Assembly (NCBI GenBank): GCA_037447605.1
Contig: CM074816.1
Span: 2,384,525 to 2,448,524 of the forward strand
Reading direction: 5' to 3'
Source: Zygnema circumcarinatum SAG 698-1b
Taxonomy: Eukaryota > Plantae > Zygnematophyceae
DNA: 64,000 bases
Shown: in pieces, positions 1-13,800 of the stretch
Layout: each line of letters opens with the position of its first letter
Numbering within the stretch: the first letter of the stretch is position 1
Translations under genes and position numbers: made by a program
The notes under the pieces: model-generated
Databases searched by the model: none
What the model saw: only the letters and a program-made list of their open reading frames with translations
What the model was told of the DNA's origin: nothing

Positions 1-208
1 CGAATATGATCATGACCTGCATCCCTCCATGCAGCCAGTGGGCTGCCGCTGCTGCACTCGTGCCCGCGCTCAACCCTAGCCGGCGCACTCTGCTCCCTGG
101 CAACGCATTTGCAGCCCCTCTGGACTGCGAGGGAGATAGCTTCCCCCCTGAACAAGCATGGCGCAGCCATGGCCGACCTGTAGCACTATCCTCAAACCTG
201 CTGCTATT

Positions 209-365
209 TATGGTTGGAATTAGGGTTAGAATTAGGGTTAAAATTAGGGTTAGGGGTAGAGTTAGGGTTAGGATTAGGGATACGATAGGCCTGAAAGAAG
301 GGTTAGGGTTACGGTTAGGGTTAGGAATTAGGCTTAGGGCTAAAATTAGGGTTGGGGTTAAAGCT
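209..365. repeat. Degenerate interstitial telomere-like (TTAGGG)n tract
   Basis: Repeated ttaggg/ttagaa/ttaggc hexamers upstream of the O-fucosyltransferase gene. Confidence 0.85.
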
Positions 366-539
366 CCGTTGAGCGCGAGGAGCCGATGACGCGGACGGCC
401 CTCTATGTCACGTCACGATAACAGTTCCCTGTGAAATCTGTTCAACGGCCGAATCGCGTCGCATGGAAGTCGACAACATCCGTACCGTAAGAACGAACCT
501 CCGTACCTCCGTACTTTACTTGTACGCAACTGTGGATGT

Positions 540-632
<93 letters not shown>

Positions 633-669
633 AAGGCATAGGCAGGGCATGGGCATGAAGGCATAGGCA

Positions 670-712
<43 letters not shown>

Positions 713-792
713 AGCATGGGCATGAAGGCATAGGCATGGGCATGGGCATGAAGGCATAGGCATGGGCATGGGCATGAAGGCATGGGCATGGG
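540..792. repeat. (GGGCAT)n hexamer tandem repeat
   Basis: Long gggcat run with interspersed gaaggcata variants; source of the spurious MP/HA/CP ORFs. Confidence 0.95.
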
Positions 793-885
793 TCCATGCG
801 GATCATGCAGTACAGCATGTATGCATGCATGGCAAAATTCACACATGGCATGGAGCTGGACAGTGCCGTTTAGCGGGGCGAGGCC

Positions 886-3800
886 ATGGCGAGCGGCCTG
901 CTCCTGCTTCTGCTGCTTGCCGTCGCCGCGCCAGGTACTACTGCCTCCAGCGCGGGCGAGGGTTTAGGGTTTAGGGTTGAGGTTTTATTTGATCTTCACA
1001 GTAAGCAGGTCGTTGAAGCGGTCATTTTGGATCATCTTTCTGCTGCCACACAGGCTGTTTCTAAGCTTTAATGAGGGCCTTCACTACTTTCAGGACTATT
1101 GGCGGACGCTCGGACTCGACCAAATTTTGATCACAATGTAACCATCAAAGGAAGCGGGCGAGTTGGACCTCTCACTCCTTCAGAAACAGGGTAAATGCCC
1201 ACTCTTTCTTATCGTTTTTTTAGAATGCAAGTTTCACCATGTTCAAGTTAGTGCCAAAAAGGTTAAGCATGTATTTTTTTCAAATCAATTACCCTAAAAA
1301 CCCTAAAACCCAGTAAGCCAGTCTTCAATTTTATTCTCATCAGAAAAATGAGGGAGATGATGAGATTTACAAAGTGGGGGAGCTCCACAACTATTCTGTG
1401 TCAGGGCCAACGGTTTCCGTTCAACGGAACACACGGAAACAGTCGCACGGAACCTGCAGGAATGGACCGTGACAAGGAACGGATCCTCCGTAGAATGCAA
1501 CGGAGGCAGGGGTTACCTGTACAAGAAGGAGATGCTGACGTGGCAAAGCCTTCAAAATGGGCTGTGGCAGCAGCCCTGGTTACCGGACGAGGGAAAATTT
1601 GTGCTCCCATTTTGTTACTCTGGAAGGGTTCGTTTATAATTTTTTTTTCATTTTTTCTTAAAAAAAAAAATTAATAAAATTTCACTTCTGTTTTTTCATG
1701 GTCTGAAGGCGTAGAGAAATTGAGGCAATTGATAATGTTTTGGTCAAGTTGACTCGGTCAAGTTAGTCACGCATATTAACCGCGCGAATAAGATATTCAA
1801 TTTCCAATTATGTTATTCGAGCATTTTTTGCCGCTATGGTGCTTCTATGACAATTTCAATCGAGTGCTGAATAATTTGAACAAGCCTTATGGGAATATTT
1901 TTCCGACAGGCTAGCAACCGTATTCAATGCTTACGTGGCGCCCTCCTATTCGCCGGAATCCTTAATCGAACTCTCATTGTCCCTTTCAATTCTGTAAGTT
2001 AAAGGAAGCACAAAAAGCGCGCATTGGATCTGCTTCAAAGCCCACAAAAAAAATAATATGTAGAAACTATTCGACATTTATTCATTCACATCATATTCTG
2101 ATTCGCTGTCTTTCCGTGGCTGTAAAATCAGGAAATGTCAACTCTTAGGCATATCCTAGTTTGGAATTTTTTTTCCGACTTGCATTGTGCCCCTATATTG
2201 GGGCTCATTGCGGCGAAGGAAAAGTGGCAGCAGCTTCGCCTCAGTTAGTTTTGGTCATAGTTACATTCGTCAAGTCATATGTTGACTGACGAAAGTTTAC
2301 GAAGAAGTTATGAAAAATACGGTCATAATGCACCGGAAAAAAATATTATGCGCAAAAGAAGCTCCTATTCCACTCACTGAAGAATAGATATGATGATACA
2401 AAGTTTCCACCCTGTGCAGTCTTCATTCGACTTTCGGCCATATTTTGATGTCGAGCATGTGAATGAGTGTTTTGGTGAAAACAGCGCCATTTCACTCGAA
2501 GACTACATGACACGAGTCAGTGGACAGACTCCCTTTCAGTCTCTCTATCTCTCTCTCTTTCACTCTCCCCTCTCCCATCTCCTCTCTCCCCTCTCCCCTC
2601 TCACCTCTCCCTCTCCCTCTCTCTCTCCCTCTCCCCCTCCCGTCTCCCCTTCCCCTCTCCCATCGCCCCCTCTCCCTTTTCCCTCTCCGTCTCCCTCTCT
2701 GTCTCCCTCTCCCTCTCCCTCTCCCTCACTCTGAGTCTCTGAGTGTTGCTCAAACTGTGTGCAGTACGGCAGACCCGCTGTCGTAGACCACCTGCTCTGC
2801 ATGCATCAGTCGTGTGTTTGTAAGTCATTCCGCTCCTTGTTAACCGGTTAACCGAATTCCTAAATTCTTACAGGAAATATATTAAGGAGATGAACGTCCA
2901 ACTCTTTCTCTCTCTCCCTATCTCTCTCTCTCTCTCTAGCCTTTTTCTTTGTAATCCTTTCCTATTGTTCAAAGCTATGAGTTTGAAGTGACTTTAACCT
3001 TTCATGTATATCTTTTTATTTATATTTTTTTTTCTTTTACAGCTGTGTTCGTACCTCTCTCAAAGGTCCATATCTTCTTTCTGTAATTTCAATGTGGAGG
3101 ATGGCAGACACTGATCGGGAAACCAATGGAAAAAAGTTTAGGTACAAAAATTGGTATGCAGATGTAATAGCTTCACCAGAAATTAAATCTTGGCCGAAAC
3201 TACGCATTCTGCCGAGTACTGAAACTGGTTAGTTTCTTCGCTTGTGGTTTAATTCAAACCATGAAATGCACAGATTTGTTTTGCTAAGCAAGATTCTAAA
3301 TCATTTTATTTTTCAATTTGAAGCCTGTCAACGAGTCTTTTGCACCCCTACAAGCCTGAAAAATGGCCGATACCCTGTTTAAGGTTTTTTAGGCTCGAAC
3401 TTTAAAAGCTTATTAGATTATTTCTCGTTTGCAAAAAACGTTCAACAATGAGATTCTCTCCCTCCCTTTCTCCCTCGATCGCTCTCTCTCTCTGCTCCTT
3501 CACCGCTTTCTCGTTCTCTCTCTATCTAGTCCTTCCACTCCCTCTAAACACTAAGTAACGTACCTCCTCCTCCATTTTTCTCACTTGTGATTCAGAAGTG
3601 GTGGACGCATACGGTGGCATAGGGAAGGGGATTCTTCATATCGGCTTAGAGAAGTTCAAAACTGTGCGAGAGTTTAACTCTGGGAGGAGGAGGGAATGCT
3701 GACCTTTCTTTGGTGGAAAAGCACATTTCTTTTCTGATCTCCTCCTCCAACCTCTTGCGCTCTTCTCTCCTTTCTCTCCCTACTTTCCTACTCTCTCTTT

Positions 3801-5086
3801 GTTGCTGAACCTCTCCCACCTCTCTCCCTCTCTGCAGCTGTTCAAATCCCCTTACTTTCACGATGTGAGTGTAGTGGATGCTCCCTTCCAAAAGCGGAGC
3901 AACTGCTCCTCGGGATTAGCAGTGCAGGTAAAGTCTCAAACCCTCATATTGTCATGTAAAGACTCTAAAATCCTAATCTCGTACTCCCTCCCCTATGTCT
4001 TTGTTTTTTGCTCAAAACAAACAGAAGAAATTCAGAAGAGTTAAAAACCCTCTCATCTCATTTCTTGGTTTGATGGAGATAATCTCAAAAATGGACTTTG
4101 TGTTACGTTCTGTTGTAGTTGTACAGATGAATTTTCTAGAACTTCAACTCTTCATCTATCTATCAGAATTGATCCTTTTTTTGTGGTATTGTGCTTCCCA
4201 TAGCCTGCTACCCCCATTGTAAATGCTGCAAAAGAGTTCATTCGGAAGCATTTGGATGGGAAGGAATACCTCGCTCTTCACGCCCGGCGAGGGGACTTTA
4301 TCCGCATATGCAGACATGTAAGTCTCTCCACAACCTCCTCTGCTTCTCTACCAGTAACTACCAATATCCAAGACCTCTATCACGTACTATAAGAGGAAGA
4401 CTTATTTTGACTACTCTCAATACCCTGAAGACTCCATAATTGGCTTTGTTCATGACTTGAACTCTTGGCTTGTGCTTTTCGCTGTCTTGATGTTCAGAAA
4501 CACGTGAAGTGCGGAAGCAGTATCAAGGAAGTTTCCGAGTGCTTGAGAAAGCAGTTAGAAAGGTCCAACATGCCACTTGTATACATTTCGACGGACGGAA
4601 CTAGAAAGGAATTCAACTATCTTCGGTCGTCCAATCAACTGATATTGGGCCGTAAGGTGAAGCTTCTGACGTTTCCGTTCAACCAAGCGAGAAAACCGGA
4701 GCCATGGGTGTCCACCTTGTCCGAACACGTAAGTTTCGATCGACTCCTGTGAAAAGATAGCAGGTTTTTCTTCCGTATCGTACTTTAAAAACCACGAGTT
4801 CCCTCCCTCCCTCCCTCCCTCCCTCCATGCAAACCCTAAATTACCTTATGTCTAACGGGTTTTGAAGATGGGGGTGATGGGTGGGCGATGGGTCCGTTAG
4901 CAGGGCTTTGTTCTGAAGGATTCCCCCGTTCGAGTGGCATTTGAGAAGATGATATGTGCTCAGGCTCGCATCTTTTTGGGGTCCGCGGGGTCCACCTTCA
5001 CTACTGACATTATGAGACTCCGCTACGGTCTGGGCAGCGCCTCATGCGCCGACGATTTCAATTGTGGCCCCCCTGTACGCCTGTAA
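886..5086 (+). CDS. Multi-exon O-fucosyltransferase family glycosyltransferase (plant OFUT36/At5g50420-like, GT-B)
   Basis: Signal/TM peptide MASGLLLLLLLAVAAP. Spliced exons give ...EGKFVLPFCYSGR, FDFRPYFDVEHVNECFG, EFIRKHLDGKEYLALHARRGDFIRIC, VYISTDG and final exon FEKMICAQARIFLGSAGSTFTTDIMRLR...stop (TAA 5084-5086). Internal exon boundaries only partly resolved. Confidence 0.85.
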
Positions 5087-5649
5087 TTTTTTAGCAATTT
5101 AAAATTGCTTTTAGGATCTTCAGAAACTTTAGGTCTTAGGGTTTCTCCAGTTTTTTGGGCTTTAGGTGTCCTTAGGGGTCAGTGTGTACAGTCCCTGTAA
5201 CGGATGCCACCTAAAAACCCTGATAACTCAATTGCTTTTTTTTTTTTTTTTTGAAGGTTTAGTTGTTGTTAATGTCTTGTGGTTTCATGGGTCTGAAACC
5301 GAGCAAGTTTGGTGCTAGAGCATGGGCCATGTTGAGGGCTCAGATAGGGACAGGGCCGGACCTCGCAACCATGAACACTTCCACAACTTTTGTTTCAAGC
5401 TCGTGCCATTCAAGCTTGCCGAATTCGACGTCATATTGCAGCGGTGCAACGGTTTGATTGGTTGGTCGGTACCCAAACATTAACACTGTCGATTCCTCGC
5501 TATGTCAGTGTTATATTGCTTCATTTGTACGCGTCGTCCACGTGGACCAGTCAGAAACAGGGCAGGATCTCCGTACAGTTCCTGAAGATATGTGACACAA
5601 CAATGACGACATAACATTTTTGACGACATATGTACTCATGTCATGAGTA

Positions 5650-6669
5650 CAGTGGGGGGGTCCCCATATTTTCCACCCTGGACAGTGCGCTCCCAAGAAA
5701 TTCGCCCCGATTTTGCCGAAACCACCTTTTTGTACGGTAACTCAATGTTAGCCGTACTATTCGTACTATCCGTACTATCCATGCTATCCGTACGAGCTGT
5801 AGAATCTTCCCACAGGTGCCGCCGTAAGAGGCGCTCGCTCCTCTCCTCGATCTGCTCCATGCGTATACCATCCACATCAACCATCTACACGGCAAGCATA
5901 TTGACTCTAAGAGGTGTTTTGGTATTGAGCGTCGTCCAAGTCGCACAAGGCACCCGTTTTGGTTCATTGCCGTGGAAGCCCGTCAACCCCCAGCCTAATA
6001 TTAACTCACTCATTTATTTCATCATGGGTGTGCTCTGCCCTCCTCCGGCGATCTTGGCTACCTTTTATCGACAACGTATTTCCGTCGCCCTTCAGCGTTG
6101 CCTCGCTTCTACGCTACTTCGGCGTGCTGCAGTTGTTGGTGACCGTGTTGGTGGACTTCCGCCGCTCCCTCCTCGCGACGTGCCTCACATCGGTGACCTT
6201 CGCGGTTGCTTCTAGGGCTGCGTTGTTGTGCCTAGGCGTAGTTTTCCGCTCCTAGCTTCGTTTTATTGTGTTTCGGTCCTTTGTGACCAGTCCTTCGTGG
6301 TTCCACATTTTGCCTTTATCCATGTAAATTTGATGGCCTCGCCATCGCGAGTTCAATGAAAGTTTGCGTTCATCTCTTCCACTATTTTGATAATTATAGC
6401 ATCATCAATGAAACGAACAACGCGAAGAGCGGAAAACTACGTGTATGCGATACGATACGGCACGGTACGATATATACTGAACGACACGGTACGATACGAT
6501 ACGATAAGGTACGATATTATACGATACGATACGTTCGGAAAAACATGAACTCTAACATGGTACCGAAAGCCTATTGGTAACACGAACCTTATATTTGCAA
6601 AATCAATATCTTTGCCCCTTTTTGGCCAATGGCGAATACCATGGCGAAAATATGAGGACCCCCCACTTG
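5650..6669. mobile_element. Non-autonomous Tc1/mariner-like TIR element (~1.0 kb)
   Basis: TA|CAGTGGGGGGGTCCCCATATTTTC ... GAAAATATGAGGACCCCCCACTTG|TA: ~24-bp imperfect TIRs, TA target duplication, CGTAC/TACGA subterminal repeats, no recognisable transposase ORF. Confidence 0.7.
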
Positions 6670-7656
6670 TAACAGGAAATGTGGCCGTACGGTCGTGTCA
6701 CACTCGTACCCAAGTGCACCGCGATATGTGCGATATTACGATACGATATCGCAGACCGTTGAAAATGCTTGTACGGTTCCGTACGCGGAGCCGCGTGGAG
6801 CGCTGGACGGGAGGGAGAGAGGGAGAGGGAGAGGGAGAGGAAGAGGGAGAGGGAGAGAAAGAGGAAGTGAGAGGAAAGAGAGGGAGAGGGAGAGGGAGAG
6901 AGAGAGGGAGAGGGAGGAGAGGAAGAGGGAGAGGGAGAGGGTGAGTGAGAGGGAGAGAGAGAGGGGGAGGAGAGGACGAGGTAAGAGGGAGAGGGAGACG
7001 GAGAAGAGGAAGAGGTAAAAGGGAGAGGGCGAGGGAGAGTGAGAGGGAAAGAGAGAGAGAGGGAGGAGAGGAAGAGGTAAATGGGAGAGGGAGAGGGAGA
7101 GTGAGACGGAGAGGGAGGCGAAAAAGGAGGGCAGGAAAGAGTAAGAGGAGGAGAAGGACGCTGAGGAGCTTCATGCCAGCTGTCACTGTAAGCTCCGCTC
7201 GCTTCGTCCTTCCTTCTCGAACCTCTTCTTATGTCCTCTCGCCGTCAGGGATTATCCGCCCCTCTCTACGTCCATCTGAAGTTGTCGCCCTCCGCTCTCC
7301 CTCCCTCCCTCCCTCCCATGCAGATTCAAATGCAAGGCAGGTCCACGAAGATTAATTCGCGTCTTTAGATAATTAAAAAATCCGAGTATCCACTTTATTG
7401 CCTTCCATTAAAATTCTTGAAATCTTGAAAAAAGAAAAATAATGTTTCTTAGTATTTAAAAACTTTCTTTTTTTAAATCGTTCTTTGTATTTGGGAAAAT
7501 GGGGTTTCAGCATTTCAGATGTAACTAGACGCGGTCAGCCAAAAATTTTCATCCATTTTTTCAAAAATGGCCCTACTTTCAAATTCCGAATGGGAATAAA
7601 AGTGGAAATTCACAATCCCTTCTGATCTCATTTTGCCGAAAGCTTTATTGGGGCGA

Positions 7657-10600
7657 ATGGCTCCCCAAAACAAAAAGGGATTTACGGAAGAGGGTCTCAA
7701 AGAACCCCTTTTAACGGAAATCCGTTCACCCCCAAAGCAAGGCCCAGCAGAGAGCGGCTATGTGACCGCCTCTCTATGGAGCACAGTTCTGTTCACATGG
7801 ATGAATCCGTTATTCGAATTCGGCAAAGAAAATGTCTTAAAAGCCGACGATGTTCCGCGATTGGCCCTAAAAGATGAAGCGAACGCTTCCTATTCGTCCT
7901 TCGCCTCCGCATGGAACCGTCAAAAGGAGCCGTCCAACGGAACGGAGCTATCCGTCACATGGGCCATCTGGGATTCCTTCAAGGTTCAGTTCATAGTGAC
8001 GGCATTTCTCGCAGTATTCAAAGCGGTGGTTATGTACGCAGGTCCTCTTCTGTTAAATTCCTTTGTTGAATTTACGGCTGGAAAGAAAATATTTGCATAT
8101 GAGGGCCTGCTTTTGGTCTTGGCATTGTTCCTTGGAAAGGCGTTGGAGACTGCTGCGAAACATCAGTACCAATTTCGATCAGTGGTGAGTCCTCTCCCGC
8201 TCCTCTCGTCCTCCCAATTCTTCTCACCCTGTCTCCCTCCTCTCTCTCTCTCTGCTCTCTCACACTCACTCTCCCGACCCTCGTCTCTCTCCTTCCCCCT
8301 CTCCCTTCCCCACTACCATACTCTCCCACCCCCTATCCCTCTCGTCTCTCCCACTCCCTCTCTCTCGAGAGAGAGAACGCGAGCGAGCGAGAGGAAGAGA
8401 GGAAGAGAGATAGAGAGAGAGAGAGGTAGACTGAGGGAGCTCCTCTCTTGGTCCTACATCTCCTGGGTAGTGACTGTCTGTTATCATATATTCAGATTTT
8501 GGGATGCAACATTCGGAGCTCCCTTATCGGAGCTTTGTACCGGAAGGGCCTCCGCCTCTCAAGTGGAGGTCGGAGGGAATTCGGAGCAGGGGAGATAGTC
8601 AACCTCATGAGCACCGACGCGCAGGTTTTTCGCAAAAAACCAGAATCAAAAATCTCAAAAAATCTCAAACAAAGTTTTTTTTTCCCCTTTCTGCACTCAC
8701 AAACTTTTGGGTCTCTTGAAAACTAGCCGAGTCTTTACCATTCTATTCATGTTCTCCCCTCATTTTTTTCTTTTTCTTTTTTTTTTTAATTATTTTGGAG
8801 GGGGAAGGGGGGGTGTAGCGGTTGGCGGAGCTCACAATTGAACTTCCGAACATTTGGATTCTGCCTCTTCAAATTGCCATTGCCCTAATTATCCTTTTCC
8901 GGGTACGTGTTTTTTATTTTATTTGTCTGAAAAAGTACTCCTATTTGTTTTTTTCCTTATTGTACTCTTGAAAGTGGGATCCGCAGGCTTACTTATACAG
9001 ATATTGTTTGTCACCTTTTCTTTTTATTATTTTTTTTTTGGGCAGGTTGTGGGCTGGGCCATGCTGGCAGGTCTCGGGGTAATGGTGGCAATACTTGTCG
9101 TGAATTTAGTCGTCGCAATTTTGCAGCAAAAATTCATGGTTTCACTTCTACAAAAAAAAGATAAGCGGATGAAGGCAACGACCGAAATTCTAAACAGCAT
9201 GAAAGTCATCAAACTCTATGCATGGCAAACTTTTTTTCGGGCAAAAGTGGAAAAATTTCGCGAAGAAGAAGTTCAAAGTTTAGCGAATTTTACCTACGTG
9301 GCAGCTGTGAATATTTTTCTCCTTTGGCTTTCCCCATTGGCTGTTTCCGTCGCCACTTTCGGATGCATGCTTCTGATTGGCTACGAGATGACAGCTGGCA
9401 ATGTATTTACCGCAATTGCGACTTTTCGAATTCTTCAAGAGCCCTTAAGGGCATTTCCACGTGTCATATCTTCCGTACAACAGGCACTGGTTTCCGTTAA
9501 ACGGCTATCGAAATTTTTGACTGCGGACGAACTGCAGCCCGACTCCATAGAAAGGCTGCCCGGATCTGAAAATATTTCCGCCGCGATTTCTATGGAAGAG
9601 GCGGACTTCAGCTGGGAAGGACACTCGGAAAAATTGGCGCTCAAAAAAATTAAAATTTCGATTCCGAAAGGAGCCCGCGTGGCGATTTGTGGAACCGTTG
9701 GATCGGGAAAATCGAGTTTGCTTTCAGCGATTATTGGAGATATGGTCCGACATANNNNNNNNNNTCCCTCTCCCTCTCTCCCTCTCTCCCTCTCTCCCTC
9801 TCTCTCTCCCTCTCTCCCTCTCTCCCTCTCTCCCTCTCCCCTTCTCTCCCACTCTCCCTCTCCTCCCCACCACCCCTCCACTTGTATTGCGTTTTTTCCT
9901 AATTCCTAATCCTTATTATATAAGCAAAAAATTGGGTCCGGGGGGAAGCACTCAGGCCCTTGTGAGTGGGAGCGTGGCCTATGTCGCGCAGTCGGCGTGG
10001 ATCCAAAATGGGACCATCCGGGAAAATATTTTGTTCGGGCTGCCCATGGACGAAAAACGCTACAAAAAAACTCTTGAAAGTACCACCCTTGATAAAGACA
10101 TTGCGCTTTTCTCTAACGGTGACTTAACGGAAATCGGCGAACGGGGAATAAATTTAAGCGGAGGCCAAAAACAGCGAATTCAGCTCGCTCGGGCAGTTTA
10201 TCAAAATGCGGAAATTTATCTTTTAGACGACCCGTTTAGCGCGGTCGATGCGCATACGGGCACAGCGCTATTTGTGGTAAGTTTTTTTTTCATTTCTAGT
10301 CCCTTGCCACACTCTCTCACACTTTCTCTCGCCCTCCCTCTCCCTCCCACCCTCTGTCACTCTCCCTCCCTCTCTCCCTCCTTCCCTCTCCCTCTCCGTC
10401 CCTCCGTCCCTCCCTCGCTTTTCCCCTCCCTCTCGTCCTCGCCTCTGTCTCTCTCTCCTTCCATTTCTGTCTCTCTCTCCCTCTCTCTCACTCTCTCACA
10501 CTCTCTCTTCCTTCCTCTTCGCCTTTGTTTATATGTAAGCTCGTTGCGTTTTTTAGCCTGACTATGCTGCGTAGACACGTATCATGTTCTTTGATTTCTG

Positions 10601-10741
10601 CTCACGTTGAATCTTTTTTATTTTAATTTTCAGAACTGCATCATAGAAGCTCTTCAAGGGAAGACTGTGGTTTTTGTGACACACCAAGTGGAGTTTCTAC
10701 CCGCGACAGATTTGATTCTGGTATCCCCTCCTCCCTCCTCC

Positions 10742-10809
<68 letters not shown>

Positions 10810-13800
10810 CTCCTTTGCCCTCCTTCCCCTTCTCCTCCTCTCTCTCCTTCCAGTATCTCCCTCGCGTCCCTCTTTTCCTCCATCGCTCCCATGGCATCCT
10901 CTCCTCCCCTCCCTCTTGCCCATTCTCATTCTCACTCTTCCTCTCCTCTCCCCCTTCCTCTCTCCCACTCGCTCTCTCCAAGTTCACTCCCCTTCTCACT
11001 CTCACTCTTCCTCTCCCTCTACCCCTACCTCCCTCCCACTCTCTCTCCACGTCGACACCCGTTCTCACTCTTTCTCTCCCTCTCCCACTCTTTCCCTCTC
11101 CCTCTCCCACTCTCTCTCTCCAAGTTGACCCTCTCCTCCCTCTGTCCCTGTAGGTCCTCAAGGAAGGAGAGATAGTCCAACAGGGTCAGTATGAAGACCT
11201 TTCCGCTGCAGGAACAGATTTTCTCTCCCTTATAAAGGCTCATAATGAAGCCATTTCTCGTCTTGATAACACAAAACCATCTGAAGCTTATGAAAAGAAA
11301 GTGGATTCGGAAAAGGCAATTTCCCCTCGTGAAAATGCGGAAAAATCGATCCCACGAGGGAAAGGTGAAGATGAAAGTGGAGGAGGAGGAGAGGGAGAAG
11401 AAGAGGCTAAAGCAGGAAGTAAGTTGAAAGCTCAGTTGATTAAGGAGGAGGTGAGAGAGAGTGGGAGAGTGGGAAGGAAGGTCTATTTGACTTACTTGAC
11501 AATGGCATTTAACGGAGTCCTTATCCCAGTTCTGTTAGCCGTTCAACTGATTTGGCAAATTCTTCAAATCGGATCCGATTGGTGGCTGCAATACTTCACT
11601 TCTCCTCCTCTCGGCTCACCTTCGATAAAGTCATCTGACTTTATGAATGTTTACGCTCTTTTGGCCCTTGGAAGCGGTCTCTTTGTGCTTCTCCGTTCCG
11701 TTCTTGTTGCGTGGTCCGGACTGAAAACCACTCAGGAATTTTACAAAGCCATGTTGAACTCACTTTTCAAAGCTCCCATGTCTTTTTTCGACTCAACTCC
11801 GATCGGAAGGATTTTGTCTCGGGTGAACTCTCGACTCGTCTTTCTCCTCACTCGCATTCACTGCCTTTTGCTAAAGAAAAATTGGACAAATTGAAAACAG
11901 AAAATTCGGTCGATCGTCCAATTGAATATTCTCTCTTCTTTTCTCCCCTTTCCTTTCCTTTTTTTTTCTTTCCTTTTTTTGGGTGTTTTCAGTCGTCCAC
12001 CGACCAGACCACGTTGGACATGGACCTTCCCTTCCTGTACGGAAGTCTCCTCGCCATCCTTTTCTCGCTGATGGGAATCCTTGTCGTCACATCGCTCGTC
12101 ACATGGCCCGTCATCATCGCCATAGCATGCATGGCCTACCTCTACATCACCATCCAGGTGGGAGAGGGTGGGAGGGACAGGAGGGAGGGAAGGGAGGGAG
12201 GGGGAGAGGGAGAGGGAGAGGGAGGGGGAGAGGGAAGGGGAGAAGGAGGGGGATAGTGAGTGGGAGGGGTAGGAAGGGGAGGGGGAGGTGGAGAGGTGGA
12301 GGGGGGGAGGTGGGGACAGGGGGGTGGGGAGGAGGGGGAGGGGGTGGGGAAGGGAGGCAGAGAGGGAAGGGGGGAGCGGAGGAGGGGGGGAGGTGAGGAG
12401 GGAGTGAGGGGGAAGGGGTGGTGGAGGGAGGGGGAGGAGGGGATGGGGGAGGGGGAAAGGGGGAGGGGGAGAGAAAATGGGGGAGGGAGATGGGGGAGGT
12501 GGGAGGTTGACGGGAGATGGAGGAGGGGGAGAGTGAATAGGAATGGTTGTGGTTCGAAATTTTGTGTTGCTGACCGTTGGCTATCCACCGTGTACAGTCG
12601 CTGGATACTGACCGTTATTTAGTCTCTAGCGGGAGAGGGAGGGGAGAGGGGGAGGGAGTGAAGAGGGAGAGGGAGAGGTGAGGGAAGGAGTGGGAGTGGG
12701 AGTGGGAGTGATTTACGGTTTTGATGTTGGTTGACCCGCAGAGTTACTACATCGCAACTGCTCGCGAGTTGTCACGAGTGGATGGGATCACAAAGGCGCC
12801 AATGATTCAGAGCTTCTCGGAGTGAGCAGTACCGATTCAGGATTTTTCACGCAATTCAGACGCAAGCTTTGTTCCGTCGCAAACCTAAAAATGACAAAAT
12901 CGATTTGATATTAATTAAATTTAAATTAAATTAAATTAATTAAAAATAATAATATTATTTACGAGTATTATGGATGCTTCCTTCAAGCAGGTCCATTGCC
13001 GGAGCTTCGACGATTCGGGCTTTTGGGCACGAAAAGAGATTTGAGGAAAAAATGGAAGAGAGGGTTAATATGAACACAAAAGTGATTTTTCATTACTATG
13101 TGAGCAATGATTGGCTGGGGGTGAGATTGGAATCAATTGGGGCTTCCTTGTTGTGCGTTTCGGCCCTTATGATTGTGCTCCTACCCTCCGGAACAATAAG
13201 TCCAGGTATGTGCCCTTACAGCGTTTACTGCTGCTGCTGCTGCTGCAAAAAAAAAAAAAGAAACTTCTTGTGAATACTTCACCTTCCTCAAAACTCAATG
13301 GACGAAGTCGCGATTTTGATTCATCTTTAGTTTTTTATCTTTTTTTGTGTGTTTTTTTGTGGGGGTTGTGGGATGTTTTGCAGGTCTTGTGGGTCTCGCT
13401 CTTTCGTACGGCCTTGCATTGAACGAAACTCTTTATTTTGTGGTGTGGATATGGTCCCTTATTGAGAACAAAATGGTCGCCGTTGAACGCATTCAGCAGT
13501 ACAGTTCGACTCCGAGTGAGGCAGACTCTGTCATCGAAAGTAATCGCCCTCCCAACGATTGGCCAATGGTTGGAAATGTCGATATCCGAGGATTGCAGGT
13601 GCTCACTCTCTCCCTCTCTCTCTCTCTCTCTACCTACCTCTCTCTCCCTCTCACTTTCTCTTTCTCTCTCTCGCCCTCCCTCCCTTCCTCTCAGTCTCAA
13701 ACGCGGTCTGTCTCTCTCTCTCCCTCCCTACCACTCTCCCACTCTACTCTTTACCACTCTCTCTCCTTCCCCCTCTCTGTCCCTCCCTCCCTCCCTCCTT

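Noticed and set aside
413-851. ORFs encoding MP, HA and CP repeats (metal-binding-like)
   Set aside because: Simple translations of the GGGCAT hexamer on the reverse strand; no coding support
951-960. Possible GC donor in OFUT exon 1
   Set aside because: A canonical, phase-compatible CAG|GTACTA donor exists at 935
6695-7355. Many RE/GE/LS/PL-rich ORFs here and throughout the window
   Set aside because: Translations of CT/GA low-complexity tracts in introns and intergenic DNA
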